Origin: Yuukianura sp. NJ FZ-2021
Taxonomy: Eukaryota
Reading direction: 5' to 3'
Assembly: GCA_046563655.1 (NCBI GenBank)
Contig: CM102289.1
Location: 2,976,001 to 3,040,000, forward strand
Length of the DNA: 64,000 nucleotides
The position numbers were made by a program, and so were the translations under genes. The notes beneath the pieces are model-generated. The model ran no database searches. It was not told the DNA's origin and saw only the letters and a list, made by a program, of their open reading frames with translations. Below, piece by piece: positions 24,894-37,269 of this stretch; positions within the stretch are counted from its first letter, which is position 1; every line of letters begins with the position of its first letter.

Positions 24894-26564
24894 TTAACTG
24901 TCCACCTCCATGCCACTTTGTGTAGAGCTGGACTTGACCAAAACATTTTGCCTGGATGGCATAGTCGATTTCACTGACATGCTCGACTCGTCAGTTCCAG
25001 AACTGCCGACTTGCCTATTGTAAGTTCTGTTCCGAATTCTGTCATTCAATGAAGTACCTCTCAGACAAATGATTTCTTTAAAAGCGAAGCGAAAGTCTCC
25101 ATTGAACATTGTGTAGATGAAAGGATTGGCACAAGAGTTGAAATAGCCCATCCAAACAAACATGTCGAAAACAAACGGCGGGACTTGCATTTTCTGTCCT
25201 GCCAAATGAAAAATTCGACTTTATTAATCGTACACTTAATTTCTTTACGAAATTAAACATTTGTTAGTCTGAGCAAGGTGACATTAGTAAAAATTTCTGA
25301 GTTACCGAAAATTTCCGATATGGCGTCTACGAGCATTATGGTGAAGAATGGTAACCAACAGAACACGAAAACGCCCATGACAATCCCCAGCATGATGCAT
25401 CCCTTCTTCTCGCGAACAAACCTGCAAACTGTTTCAAAAAAGAATTTTCGTTAGAAAATATCATCAACGGCTTGCCGAGAAAGAAAAACAAGCTAACGGA
25501 ATCTATTTGACTAATTTTTTGCAAAATTTAAATAAATATAATTAATTATTTATTAATTGTAAAAAGTCATCTCACTGATGCATTGAGTCTGGGAAGGGGC
25601 ACCATTTGGTAAACGACGACATTCCGTGTGTGTTCCCTTGTAGGACGACGCTTTCGGTTTCTGCTTCACCAAAATTCTCCAAATTGTTCCATAAACGAAA
25701 GTCATAATACCGAGTGGAAGGAAAAAAATAAAAACAACTCCGAACAATAGTTCCCTAAAATACAATTTCAAAAAAAAAACCATACTTGAATAAAATACAA
25801 ATATAAAAAACACCAAAGTTTTTTCTTGAATTCAGATGTCGTTTTTTTTTTTTTTGTGATTTTCCTACACTTTCATTTGCCATTTTCATTACTCACCAAG
25901 GACCATGGGAGTTAATACACATCGAAAAAACTTCACTTTCTGACTCCAATTGGAAGTACAAGCCAGGCAATGTCAATTTTGGAATCGTTACAAAAAAAGA
26001 CATCAGCCAAATGACAGCAATCGCTATGTAAATTTTACACGGCGTAGAATTTACTTTATAAAACAGTGGATGGGCGATTGCTATGTAACGATCGATTGAG
26101 ATCACACTGAGTCCGAGGATGGATGCTGTGCAGCACATGATGTCAACTGGAAAAGAGTTTTTTATATAAAATCATGCAAACCAATCAAAAATTTTGGCGC
26201 CGACTAACATACTTTTCTGTTATTTATATTCATTTTTTCTTAAAATTGACAAACCTATAATCCAGACGTGGCAGAGCAAGTCTCCTGCTTTCCAAATGTC
26301 ACAATTTTGTTGTAAACTCATTTTGAATGGCAAAACAACTAAGCCTACCAGGAGATCCGCCACAGCAAGTGACAGTATCAAATAATTTTTAGGATGGCGT
26401 AGCACTTTCACCGCAACAATCGAGACAATCACAATCAAATTCCCTGCAACAGTAACAAACAACAGAATTACTTCAAGAAAAAGCCAAGCGAATTTCACGT
26501 TGCACTGTTCCATAGGTGCAGGCGTGTAATAGTCGAAGCGAAGGTCACTGGAATCATCTTCCAT
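24894..26564 (-). CDS. Class A GPCR, aminergic-like (copy 5)
   Basis: 'VDIMCCTAS', 'DRY', 'CWLPFF', 'NSCANPFIY'. Confidence 0.9.
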
Positions 26565-27742
26565 CTTGTCAAAAAAAATTTAACGTTAACTGTTACAATC
26601 AACACCGATTTATAAATTAACCAACCTTCACCACCAGTTCATCACGAAATTGAAAAATGTTCTACTTTTCACCTAGTAATATCAGTAAACTCCGAAATAT
26701 ATCAAAATCAGCACTTTGGGGACACGGGTGGAGTCGATGAGATTATAACTGATGATAATTTAGCAAATTAAGGAAATTACTTCGGAAATTGAAGGCGGAT
26801 TCAGTTACGACGCTTGATGTTTCTAATGAATATCACTCTATCTAAGAGAAGTCAACCAGATATGACACGCAATATTCTGGAAGAAGACATTAAATTCTGG
26901 ACTTCAGCTCTTTTTTGTAAGTCTAAAAAAAACATAGAAAGTAATTTTGGAGGATCGGACGGTACGAGGTTTAACAAAAACACTCCCTGGAGTGACATTG
27001 CGATTTTTATTTTTCAGCAAAAAAAAATCTCTTGATGAAGATTACAATTTTTAAAGAATGGAAATAACCTAAATTATACCTGGGAAAAAAATTCACAATT
27101 TTTTCTAAACCAATACAGAGCGAATTTGTGGCAGCCGTCACACTTTCGACTTATCCCGCAAGAAGTTTGATTGGCGTTTCCACTAGAGGAAGGCTAAATC
27201 AAGAATTCGCGAGTGTGCAAAATAAAACTCAAAAATAATGGTATTACAAGTTATTGCCATTACAAAAAGTAAATGCCATTGTTATAAGTTTAGTAATTTG
27301 ATTTCCACTAAGCACAAAAAATGTACAATGTTTTATTCTTAAGTAAAAATTAACTTTTCTATGTACTTCTATGTACTACTTTTCTATGTAATTGTACCTA
27401 ACAAGCAGGAGGTAGCACTATCGGATTTCTAAGAAATTGTTTTAATGATGAAACTTTAGTTAAAAATTGACGCGAATTTATGGTTTTGGTTATTTGTAAG
27501 AAAGGAAACAGGATGTTTTGGACAGAATATGTGGCGGTTATATATCAAACTGTCTGTTTATGTTACTGACTAACAGCATTACTAATATTGACTAATAGTG
27601 AACTAACAGCAAAAGAAAATCGAGCAATTGCATCACAGTTTTAGCCAGAAATACATATATTGGCGAAATTTGTTCTTATAAGACACGCCTAAATCTTAAA
27701 ATTTAACAGTCCATTCCTGAAAAACGGATAAATTTTAAAAAT

Positions 27743-28777
27743 ATGAAATATTTCATATTTTTATCAATATTTATCAACAGCATTTTGGCACAGGTGGTTA
27801 CTGTTACTGCGTCAAGTGAAGAGCCGCCTACTACGTATCGCATACTACTGCTTCTCATTGGAGTTCCGCTTGTCACGGTGACGGTGATTGGAAATCTGTT
27901 GGTCATTTTGGCATGGATCACAGACTCCCGTGTTCGAACACCATCCAACGCCTACTTGGCCTCATTGGCAGTAGTGGACTTTGTCATTGGCGCCATTGAC
28001 ATGACCATTGGCCTCAAATATAACTACGACGGAAGATGGACTATGGGCGTGGCTTCGTGCCAATTTTGGCTTGTTTCAGTTTATTCAACAGTCTTCATCA
28101 GTTCTGCCCATCTTGTGCTTATTGCACTTGATCGTCACAGAATCGTGTTTGAAGGAGTTGCGTACGTTCAAAACAGGCCATACAATGGCGTTCTGCAATG
28201 CGTTCTTGCTACTTGGGCAGTAGGATTCTGGATCATCTTGCCTATTCTTATCGACTGGCCAAACGTCGGTGTTGACCCAGAGGTCAAAGTTCATTGTCTC
28301 ATCAAACCAACCATTCTTGGGACATTCTACTGGACATCTCTGAACATCATTTTCCCAGCAGTACTGATGGTATGGCTCTACACACGGATTTACTTTCAAC
28401 TGCGCAGTCGATGGCGAGTCAGACAAGTAAACAAGGTAATTGTCACAGAATGCTCGTCAGCGTCCTCTACTGGTGTGTCGGCAGATGTACCTTCCGAATT
28501 GGTCAAAAGTGATCCAATCACAATTCAGCAAAAAGAGAGAAGAGCTTTTGTCACACTTGGAATTCTGATTGGAATTTTTCTGATTTGTTGGACCCCTTAC
28601 GTAGTGTCTACGCTTGTGCGATCATACGGCTTTGCAGTACCAAGAATTCTCCCGGTCCTTTGTGGTATCCTTGGATGGGTGAATTCTGCGGTCAATCCAA
28701 TAGTCTACGCCACCAGGAACACAAAGTACAAAGATGCTTTTACGCGAATATTTTCTTTGTTTTGCAAATCAAAATAG
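27743..28777 (+). CDS. Class A GPCR, second subfamily (intronless 7TM, copy A); true start uncertain
   Basis: 'GNLLVI', 'PSNAYLASLAVVD', 'LDRH', 'CWTPY', 'NSAVNPIVY'. The N-terminus of the ORF may be intronic (acceptor near 27780). Confidence 0.88.
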   Translation: MKYFIFLSIFINSILAQVVTVTASSEEPPTTYRILLLLIGVPLVTVTVIGNLLVILAWITDSRVRTPSNAYLASLAVVDFVIGAIDMTIGLKYNYDGRWTMGVASCQFWLVSVYSTVFISSAHLVLIALDRHRIVFEGVAYVQNRPYNGVLQCVLATWAVGFWIILPILIDWPNVGVDPEVKVHCLIKPTILGTFYWTSLNIIFPAVLMVWLYTRIYFQLRSRWRVRQVNKVIVTECSSASSTGVSADVPSELVKSDPITIQQKERRAFVTLGILIGIFLICWTPYVVSTLVRSYGFAVPRILPVLCGILGWVNSAVNPIVYATRNTKYKDAFTRIFSLFCKSK

Positions 28778-29577
28778 ATTTGTTTTAGTTGACAAAAAAA
28801 ATTGTCAAGTACGTATACCAAGAAATTTATAACTTACTAAAAGACTTATTTAACTATGTACTGAATGGCCTTTTCAACTGTGTTACAACACTGGGATTAT
28901 TTAATTGTTAACATTAATTAATTTAGGCACGCCGCAATCCAAAGTGAGATTTTTCAGAAAATTGCAAATCTGAATTTAAAATTCGTAAAACATAGTTCAA
29001 GTTTGGTCTAATACGTAAGCGATTCATTAAGAAAATAAAAACACTTTTTTTGTTCATTTTACGGGTCAATCATTTTTTTAAGCATTTTCTTAAAAGCAAC
29101 TAACGTCAAATGACGAAACTTAGAAACGAAAAAAATATACCGCAAAAAAAATAGCATTGGGGCTTTCATTTCCGGGGTTACAAGACTCTAGCTATGCTAA
29201 AAAACTTCACGTCAACTTGAAATTTTGTTTTTTGAACACTTTGCATAAAAAAAGATATAATGGCTAAATCTGAACATAGCAGTAGGTTGAGTTACACGAG
29301 CTGCGGTTGATCTAATTTTAAGCTTCTCAGCTAACAAATTCTGGCACAACAGCGGAAACCAAACACCATTGTCCGGATGCCTCAATCGAACGTCAAACTT
29401 TTGTACGATGTAATGGGATGCTGTGGTAAACTATTCTTTGTATTTGAAAACGCGTAAAAAGAACGAAACATAATTTACCATTATTACAAACACTTCAATC
29501 AAATAAAATTGAAAAATCCAAACTGTACATCAAATTCTTAAGAAACACTAACTTGATTAACATTGTTAATGGAGTTA

Positions 29578-30594
29578 ATGGAGTACAACGTTAGCGATTT
29601 GACGCCAGGTATTGACACTGTAGCGTCAATTCCAGAACCGCCTACGAGTTACCGCATAGTCTTACTCCTATTTGCCGTACCGCTTATCTCCGTTACTGTG
29701 TTGGGAAACTTTTTAATCATACTGGCCTGGTTCACGGATTCCCGCGTTCGATCACCATCCAATGCATACTTGGCGTCTTTAGCCGTGGTTGATTTGCTGA
29801 TTGGGGCCATTGGAGTGGGAATAGCTGTCAGATACAACTACGAAGGGAAGTGGACCATGGGAGTCGGAACGTGTCAATTTTGGCTCATCTGTGCCCACAA
29901 CTTGGTCTTCATAGGATCCGTCCACTTGGTTCTAATTGCAATGGATCGTCACGCAATTGTGACTCAGGGGGCATCTTACAACCAAAACAGAGCGTACAGT
30001 GGCGTAATTCAGTGTGTTATAGTCACTTGGCTCGTAAGTATCTGGATAATATTGCCAATACTTACAGATTGGCCTAACATGAGTTGGGATCCGGAGGTCA
30101 AAGTTCATTGCCTTCTTCAACCAAGCGTCCTCGGTGTATTCTACTGGATGTCTCTGAACGTTGCCTTTCCAGGAGTTCTGATGCTTTGGATATACACAAA
30201 GATTTATTTTGAAATGAAAAGAAGATGGCAAATTCGAGAAATGCACAGGACGAATGGCGGTCAGAGTTCAATTGTAAGATCACCCGACGGAAATACAAGT
30301 TCCGCTGTGTCAGAAGTTTGCAAGATCGATTCAATTTCGGCTCAACAGAAAGAGAGAACTGCATTCGTTACGCTGGGAATCTTAATTGGAATCTTTTTTG
30401 TTTGTTGGGCCCCATACGGAATTGCATTGTTGGTTGGTTCTTTTGGAGTCAAAGTACCAATGATTTATCCAATGATTTTTGCAATTCTAGGATGGGTCAA
30501 CTCTGCAATTAATCCAATTGTCTATGCAGTCAGAATTCCAAAGTACAGAGAAGCATTCAAGCGAATCCTAACTGCGTTTTACAAATTCAAGTAA
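29578..30594 (+). CDS. Class A GPCR, second subfamily (copy B)
   Basis: Complete 7TM ORF with 'MDRH', 'CWAPY', 'NSAINPIVY'. Start chosen by homology with copy C (MEYN). Confidence 0.92.
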   Translation: MEYNVSDLTPGIDTVASIPEPPTSYRIVLLLFAVPLISVTVLGNFLIILAWFTDSRVRSPSNAYLASLAVVDLLIGAIGVGIAVRYNYEGKWTMGVGTCQFWLICAHNLVFIGSVHLVLIAMDRHAIVTQGASYNQNRAYSGVIQCVIVTWLVSIWIILPILTDWPNMSWDPEVKVHCLLQPSVLGVFYWMSLNVAFPGVLMLWIYTKIYFEMKRRWQIREMHRTNGGQSSIVRSPDGNTSSAVSEVCKIDSISAQQKERTAFVTLGILIGIFFVCWAPYGIALLVGSFGVKVPMIYPMIFAILGWVNSAINPIVYAVRIPKYREAFKRILTAFYKFK

Positions 30595-30996
30595 AATTTT
30601 AAATAAATATCGCACACCTTGCATAAATTTATTTAAAGAGAAATACATTTTTGATGCATTACTATTTAAAAAGTTTGCTCCTAGAATTGTCAAACTCGCT
30701 TCTTTCTATTTCTATTGATGTGAAAGTTTCCATTCCAATTCTGCGGTTAAACTTCACATCATCCAAAAAATTCTTAAGTTACCAGAAAACCGGATGCAGA
30801 TGGAGCTTCCTACTGCAAATATATTTTGCTGTTTCTTAGATTTTACGGAAGGTTGGACCACAATAAGAGAGGAAATAGTACGTGTATAACCACAATTATG
30901 CCAGTACTAAAGAAAGTGAAATACTGTATAAAACTCACATTGTTTTGGAAATATCTTTTTGAAAAGTGAATCCAATTTTTTTTTAATTTACCCAAA

Positions 30997-32006
30997 ATGG
31001 AGTATAATATTAGCGACTTGCCACGAGAAGTTACAGCCTCTGCGTCAGCTCGAGAACCTCCTACTGAATATCGCGTCGTTCTACTCCTCATTGCAGTGCC
31101 ACTTATTACAGTTACTGTCGTTGGGAATCTAATGATCATGTTAGCTTGGATTGCCGACGCCCGTGTTCGAACACCGTCCAACGCCTACCTAGCATCTTTG
31201 GCCCTCGTAGATTTCCTAGTTGGAGCCATCGGTATGACACTGGGCCTCAAGTACAACTACGAAGGAAGATGGAGCATGGGCGTCGGTACTTGCCAATTTT
31301 TTCATGCTTGCATGCACTCTACAATCTTCGTCGGCTCAGTTCACCTTGTCCTGATTGCACTTGATCGCCACAGAATAGTATTCGAAGGAGTGTCGTACAT
31401 TCAAGACAGAACGTACAACGGAGTAGTTCAATGCGTCTTGGCCAGTTGGGCTGGAAGTCTCTGGATCATCATACCGATTGTCATTGACTGGGAGCATATT
31501 GGATTTGACCCAGAGGTCAAAGTTCATTGTCTTCTCAAGTCAACTATTCTAGGTACATTCTACTGGTGTACACTACTGATTGTATTTCCAGGGGTATTGA
31601 TGGTATGGCTCTACACCAGAATATACTTTGAAATGAAGAGGCGATGGCGACTTCGGGAAGTGAGTAAGCAGGTTATTATTCCTGACAGTTCCGGTCAAAC
31701 GTCAACTACTGGTGAAACTGGGGCAAAATTGACCAAAACTGATCCAAGGTCGGCCCAGCAGAAGGAAAAAGAGCCTTTGTTACACTTGGCATTCTGATTG
31801 GAATCTTCTTTGTTTGTTGGTCACCGTATGGATTTACGCTGTTGGCTCGTGCTGCTGGGGTCAATGTACCCAGAGCCCTTCCAGTGATCCTGGCAAGTCT
31901 TGGATGGGTTAACTCTGCCGTTAATCCTATCGTCTATGCCGTGAGAATAGCCAAGTACAGAGAGGCTTTCAAGCTTATCCTATCTCCAATCTACAATTGC
32001 AAATGA
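30997..32006 (+). CDS. Class A GPCR, second subfamily (copy C), 1-nt frameshift near 31770
   Basis: Homology continues in another frame after the A-run (AFVTLGILIGIFFVCWSPY...NSAVNPIVY) to TGA at 32004-32006. Confidence 0.85.
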
Positions 32007-33297
32007 ATTTTATTTATTTCAAATTTTGCCCCATATTTGTCTTAATTTTTTTTTTGGTTTAAAATGCTACGTATTCTGAAATAAAGTGTGGGAAGTAATT
32101 TAAAAAAAATTAAGTCCTTTAAAACATTCCAAGTTTGAAAACCTCGACAAAATTTCTCACTAAAAATAAAAGTTGCACGACAATATCATAGACCCTAGGA
32201 TGTTGGCGGAATTGTATGCGACCCTGAATATTGGAGTTAAATAGTAGTGGTTAACACTAATTTTATTTCAACGTTAGTAAAATTTATTTGCTTCATTTTT
32301 TTTAATTTTTTTACAGTTTGCTCTTTATAACTAGTAGCAATACCACTTCCAACAAGCATCTTGTTTCATCAAGCATCAACAGCAGGATTTTCCACCTTTA
32401 GATGCCAGTTGCGGAGTGTTGTTCCAGAAGGTCACCTGCCGCTCATAAGTGCAAGCTTGTAATCGTTCAATTTTAGGACAGTTTTGACCTTGTTAAGAAA
32501 GAAACTTTAGTTGACTGAAATTATTTGAGATTTTTAAATATTTTGTCGTTACCAGGCTGTGATGTTGATTCCACAAGTCCGACTACTCCAATTGCCAGTC
32601 CAAAATATACATGTCATTACCAATTTAAAACAGATTAATGGTTAAACAAAGTTTATGTCGAATGGCATTGAAGAAAACCAGTTTTCCTTGGCTGTACCTT
32701 GGAGTCAGGCATTATTAAATGCCGAAAAACCGGTTCTCCATACCATTCTTGTTGTGTAAGCTTTCCAAATTTAATTGTTTACTTTAAAATCTTTTCACAA
32801 TAATAGAACGGAGTGATGGAAGTATGAAGCATAGAGCCATTAGTTTTCCCAAACTTTGCCTATTTACAGTGCCTGCTTAAAATTCGGCAGGAGTGACAGT
32901 TTACAATAAGTATTATTCAATTTAGGCCCTAATAAAAGAAATATTTCACCTTTTTCGAAACGTTTTTTTGAAGTAATTTTGTGTTTATACTAAACCTTAA
33001 TGTTTATATGATCGAATGAGTGCAGAGTTTAGGTGAGGCATTTAGTCTCCCATTATTCGCTCCCATATCCCATTAGCTTTCAATTTTTTTTTTGCAGCAA
33101 AAACGAGTGCGAAATCGTACACAACCTTGACCAACGATCCCAATGCTCAACTGAGACCAGATTAATTCTGACAGTCACACCGCTTAGTTTAGATTAGTTT
33201 TGCACATTGTGTCCGTTCTCAAAACACTGAATACTGACTGAGAATTGTGTCAGTCTGTTTTCTTAACATTGTTTTTCAAATATTTTGTCACAAACAA

Positions 33298-36200
33298 ATG
33301 ATGGGGACGCCTTTACTACTCATTGTCATAAGTACTACTCTTCCGATTCTCATTAGCGTCCTCCATGGAATCAACTACTACTGGGATTATGTACAATGGT
33401 TTTGGACGCCAGACGTATCTACACAACTTTTCGATTTCATTGTAGGTAAGTGCAGACTAATTTTGAAATGGCACATAAGGAGAATGTATTTTGGGAATAC
33501 ATGGGTGTGCTATGCGACCTTTTAAAAAGCTTGTAAAAGTTCTTCATGAAAGTTTTTCATTCAAGAGTTGGATAACAAATTTTGAACTCAATAAATTAAT
33601 AAATGGATAATAAATTTATTAATTGACTAAAGTTGGAGCTGGTAGCAGTGGTTCTGTGTTGGCCTACAGACTTGCTGTACAAAATTACAAGGTATTACTC
33701 ATTGAAGCTGGCGGCGATCCTATTCTACTTAACAAAATTCCTGGCATAGCCCTTGACCTCTTACGCTACAAGGAACATGACTGGAACTACAGGACAAAAA
33801 AGCGGGATAACGTGGGGCTCAGTCACACTAATCAGGTTAAACAAAATAAGAAACGATTTTTTTAACTTTCTATTGGCATACTATTATAATCCCATTGAAA
33901 TATGCAGGTTGCAAATGTTCACACGATACTGATGAATTTTTTTCATTGAAGGAAATGTATGCTAACCGTGGAAAAGTTCTTGGAGGAAGTAGTACTCTCA
34001 ACTACATGTTTTATATGCGAGGTCATCCACTCGACTACGACAACTGGGCTAACATTACTGGTGACACGAGCTGGAACTATGAAAATGTGTTGCCTTACTT
34101 CAAAAAATCTATCTATGATTACAGAGGCCACTTTCCAGAAAACAGTAGACACTAAAAGCATTTTTTCGACAACTTAAAATTTTGAATTGTTTCTTGAAAT
34201 AGTTTGTTTTATTGGTATTTTCTGAAGAGCAGCAGTATGAAACTTCCCCGTATGGATTCTTGACCATTGATAAAATCAGGTTTGGGAAAATGATCGACTC
34301 GTTTTTCGGTGCGGGAGAGGAGCTTGGTTACACAAGAAATATTGACGCCAACGGGCCACAAGTTGAAGGTATTCAAGAACAAAATTCTAATTTTTTTTCA
34401 GTAAACGTTTTTTTTGGAGTTTGGTTAAAAAGCTTTTTTTCCAAAATATTTTTATATGGTTGATATAAATTGGGTTTTGTTTTTTAAAGGCCTTGGTATG
34501 GTAGAGTCGACTCAAAGGAATGGAGAACGTGTTTCAGCATACGACGTAATTGAGCAAAACAAAAATTCTTTGCCGAATCTAGTCGTTTCCAAGTATTCAC
34601 ATGCTTCCAAGGCAAGTTTATTTTTTCTATACTTTTTGGGCTTGACAATTATAAGTAGTTCAACTTAGAGAAAAACCGTAAATATTTTTGTATTCAAAAA
34701 TTACTTTTTAAAAGAAAAGAGTAGCGGATCTCGACTTGGTCAAAGGCATAAATGTCGTAGTAAGGTGAAGACAAAAAATTGTAAACTTTGTTTGTGAAGA
34801 TGAATCCTAATTATGTTGCAGATCCAGTTGGATAAACATGGAAATGCAGTAGCTGTTGATTTCTATCGACATGGAATAAAGTACACAGCAAAAGCATCCA
34901 AAGAAATTGTTGTCAGCGCAGGCGCTTTCGACACTCCTAAGCTCCTCATGCTTTCAGGCATTGGTCCAAAGAAGCAATTACAGTCGCAGAAGGTGTAAAT
35001 GTCATACAAAATTGTTAAAAAATTGAAACTTGTTTGCTTTGTTTCAGATCAAGGTCAAAGTTGACTTGCCAGTGGGCCAAAATTTGCAGGACCACTTCGG
35101 CGTTTTGGTACTACCGTTTACGACAAACGCCGGTACTTCGTTTTTTCTTGAACGTGACCTGGGATTAGGTTCTTTTTTGGAATATTTTACAACATCGTCA
35201 GGTAAAAATCAATTTGAAAAAAAATTCCGCTTTACCACTGTTCATGATTAACGTTAGTTTTGTGTTTCTAAGGACATCTTTTTATTCGTAGGAATATTGA
35301 CTTCTCCAACTGGCGTTACTGCACAATTCTTTCAGTCGTCCCCGAAAGTAGGTAATCGTAAATGGGCAGATATTCAGACGTACTTGATTCCTGTGTCGCC
35401 TTCGAAAGTATTGGCGGAGTCATTTGGCAGGGCGCTGAGCATTAAGCACGAAATATTCTCAGAATTTATGGATCCAGCTGAGGGCAATGACGGATTCACC
35501 TTGTTAACAATTTTGGTTAGACCAAAAAGTCGCGGTGAAGTCACACTCAGAAACAAAGATCACATGTCAGATCCAGTGATTGGTAAACAACTAGACTACT
35601 ATAAACTAAACTACTTGAATTTGACGCATCTCAAGTGTAAATCGTTTATCGTTTTCAAAGATCAAAATCCATTTTCTCATCCTGACGACATCGAGGCATT
35701 GACTTTTGGTAAAAAATTGAAAATATCCGCCGTACAAATTAAAAGCAAAAAAATTTTTATAAATAGCAAGTGACTAAAAATATATTCCAGGGATTCGTAA
35801 CGCCTTGAAGCTTGTAGAGACGAAGAGTTTCCAGAAAATAGGAGCTAAGTTCAAAGGTCCTCACTTTTCTGCGTGTAAATCGGAACAGTTCGGAAGCGAT
35901 TCCTATTGGGGTTGTTACATTAAGCACGTAACTCTCAACGCATGGTATGCAGTAATTACGTATAATTAGTACTTTTGTTATTTGTTTTACTATTTCCATT
36001 TTATCTAAAAACTACTGTAGGCATCCGGTTGGTACATGCAAAATGTCACACAAGGACGATCCGACTGCTGTAGTTGATCCTAAGCTTAGGCGAGTCTCAA
36101 ACTGCCATAGACATTTTACATTTGTGGCAAACTAAACCAAAAAATGAAGTTGATTTTTCTAGAATTCTTTCCAATTTTAATTTTTTTTATGGAAGTTGGT

Positions 36201-36438
36201 GAATTTTGTTTGTGTTCGCAGAGTGCTGGGGGTAAAGTCTCTTCGTGTCGTTGATGCGTCTGTGATGCCAGTCATTGTGAACGCAAATACAAACGCCCCA
36301 TGTATTATGCTCGGTGAAAAGGGGGCCGATTTTATTTTGGAACATTGGGCAGAACAGTCGCTCGTTTGCCCACATATGCTCCTAGGCCCAGACCCTAACA
36401 AATGCTACTACGCATCTCGGAGACGGAATTTTATTTGA
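33298..36438 (+). CDS. GMC oxidoreductase (glucose dehydrogenase/alcohol oxidase family), many exons
   Basis: 'FDFIVVGAGSSG' FAD motif, '[14 protein letters not shown]', 'LMLSGIGP', 'GQNLQDH', 'HPVGTCKM', 'LRVVDAS', 'NTNAP'. Confidence 0.95.
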
Positions 36439-37269
36439 AGATTTGTGAGAATGAAAAACATATTATACACTTGCCCAACAGTGATCGAGTTGTTGCATAA
36501 TATTCATTTTTTTACTTCTCATAAACTGATCAAGGTAAATAGAATACTAAAATAGGTAAGGTCATTTAGATTTTTTTTTTCAAAAGGAAGTTGCAGTGGG
36601 GAATTTTTTCACTCGCAGTGACGTCATTTACAGTGCTGCACGACATTCTTACCGCTTTAGCTTCAAAAGTTTCACCGTTTACTTCGAAAAAAAAATACAA
36701 TTGCACAAAACGCAGTCTCAATGTATTGTAACCATAGTATTTAATTTTCATGACGTAAAACATACCACCCATATTATTTTTTCAAGAAAATTGCAAAATA
36801 GTAGAGTCCGTAAAATTTTAGCATGTCAGGAAGGAGAATTGAACGAAGTGTGAATTTAATTTTAGAAATAACTTTGAACAACTTTTTGTCTTTGTTTAAG
36901 GAAGTCTTAAATTTGGTTGAAACTGAATCTGAGTAATTAAATGTTTCTTTGTAAATTAGAATCAAGCCTACATGCATTTTGAAAAATGTCCATTACGCAT
37001 ACTTAAAACAGCAAACAGAAAATTATATAAGAATTTTTCCATCATATCAATCCTTAAACTTCTTACCATAATTCGGCTATAAAGAAATTGAATTTATATT
37101 AGATACTAATTTTGAAAAAGCTTGTAATGAAAGGAATTCAAGTGTTGAGAAAACCAGTTGAGAAAATAAAATGCTGTGAGCCAATTATGCTCTAAATAGT
37201 AGTTCTAAACTTATAATTGCTAGAAGCACTTAATTCCTGGTTCCAGGAAAATGTGGAAATGAGAGGTGT

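Noticed and set aside
32340..32800. Possible small spliced gene on the minus strand
   Set aside because: Exon-like pieces exist, but I could not establish a consistent start, frame or homology.
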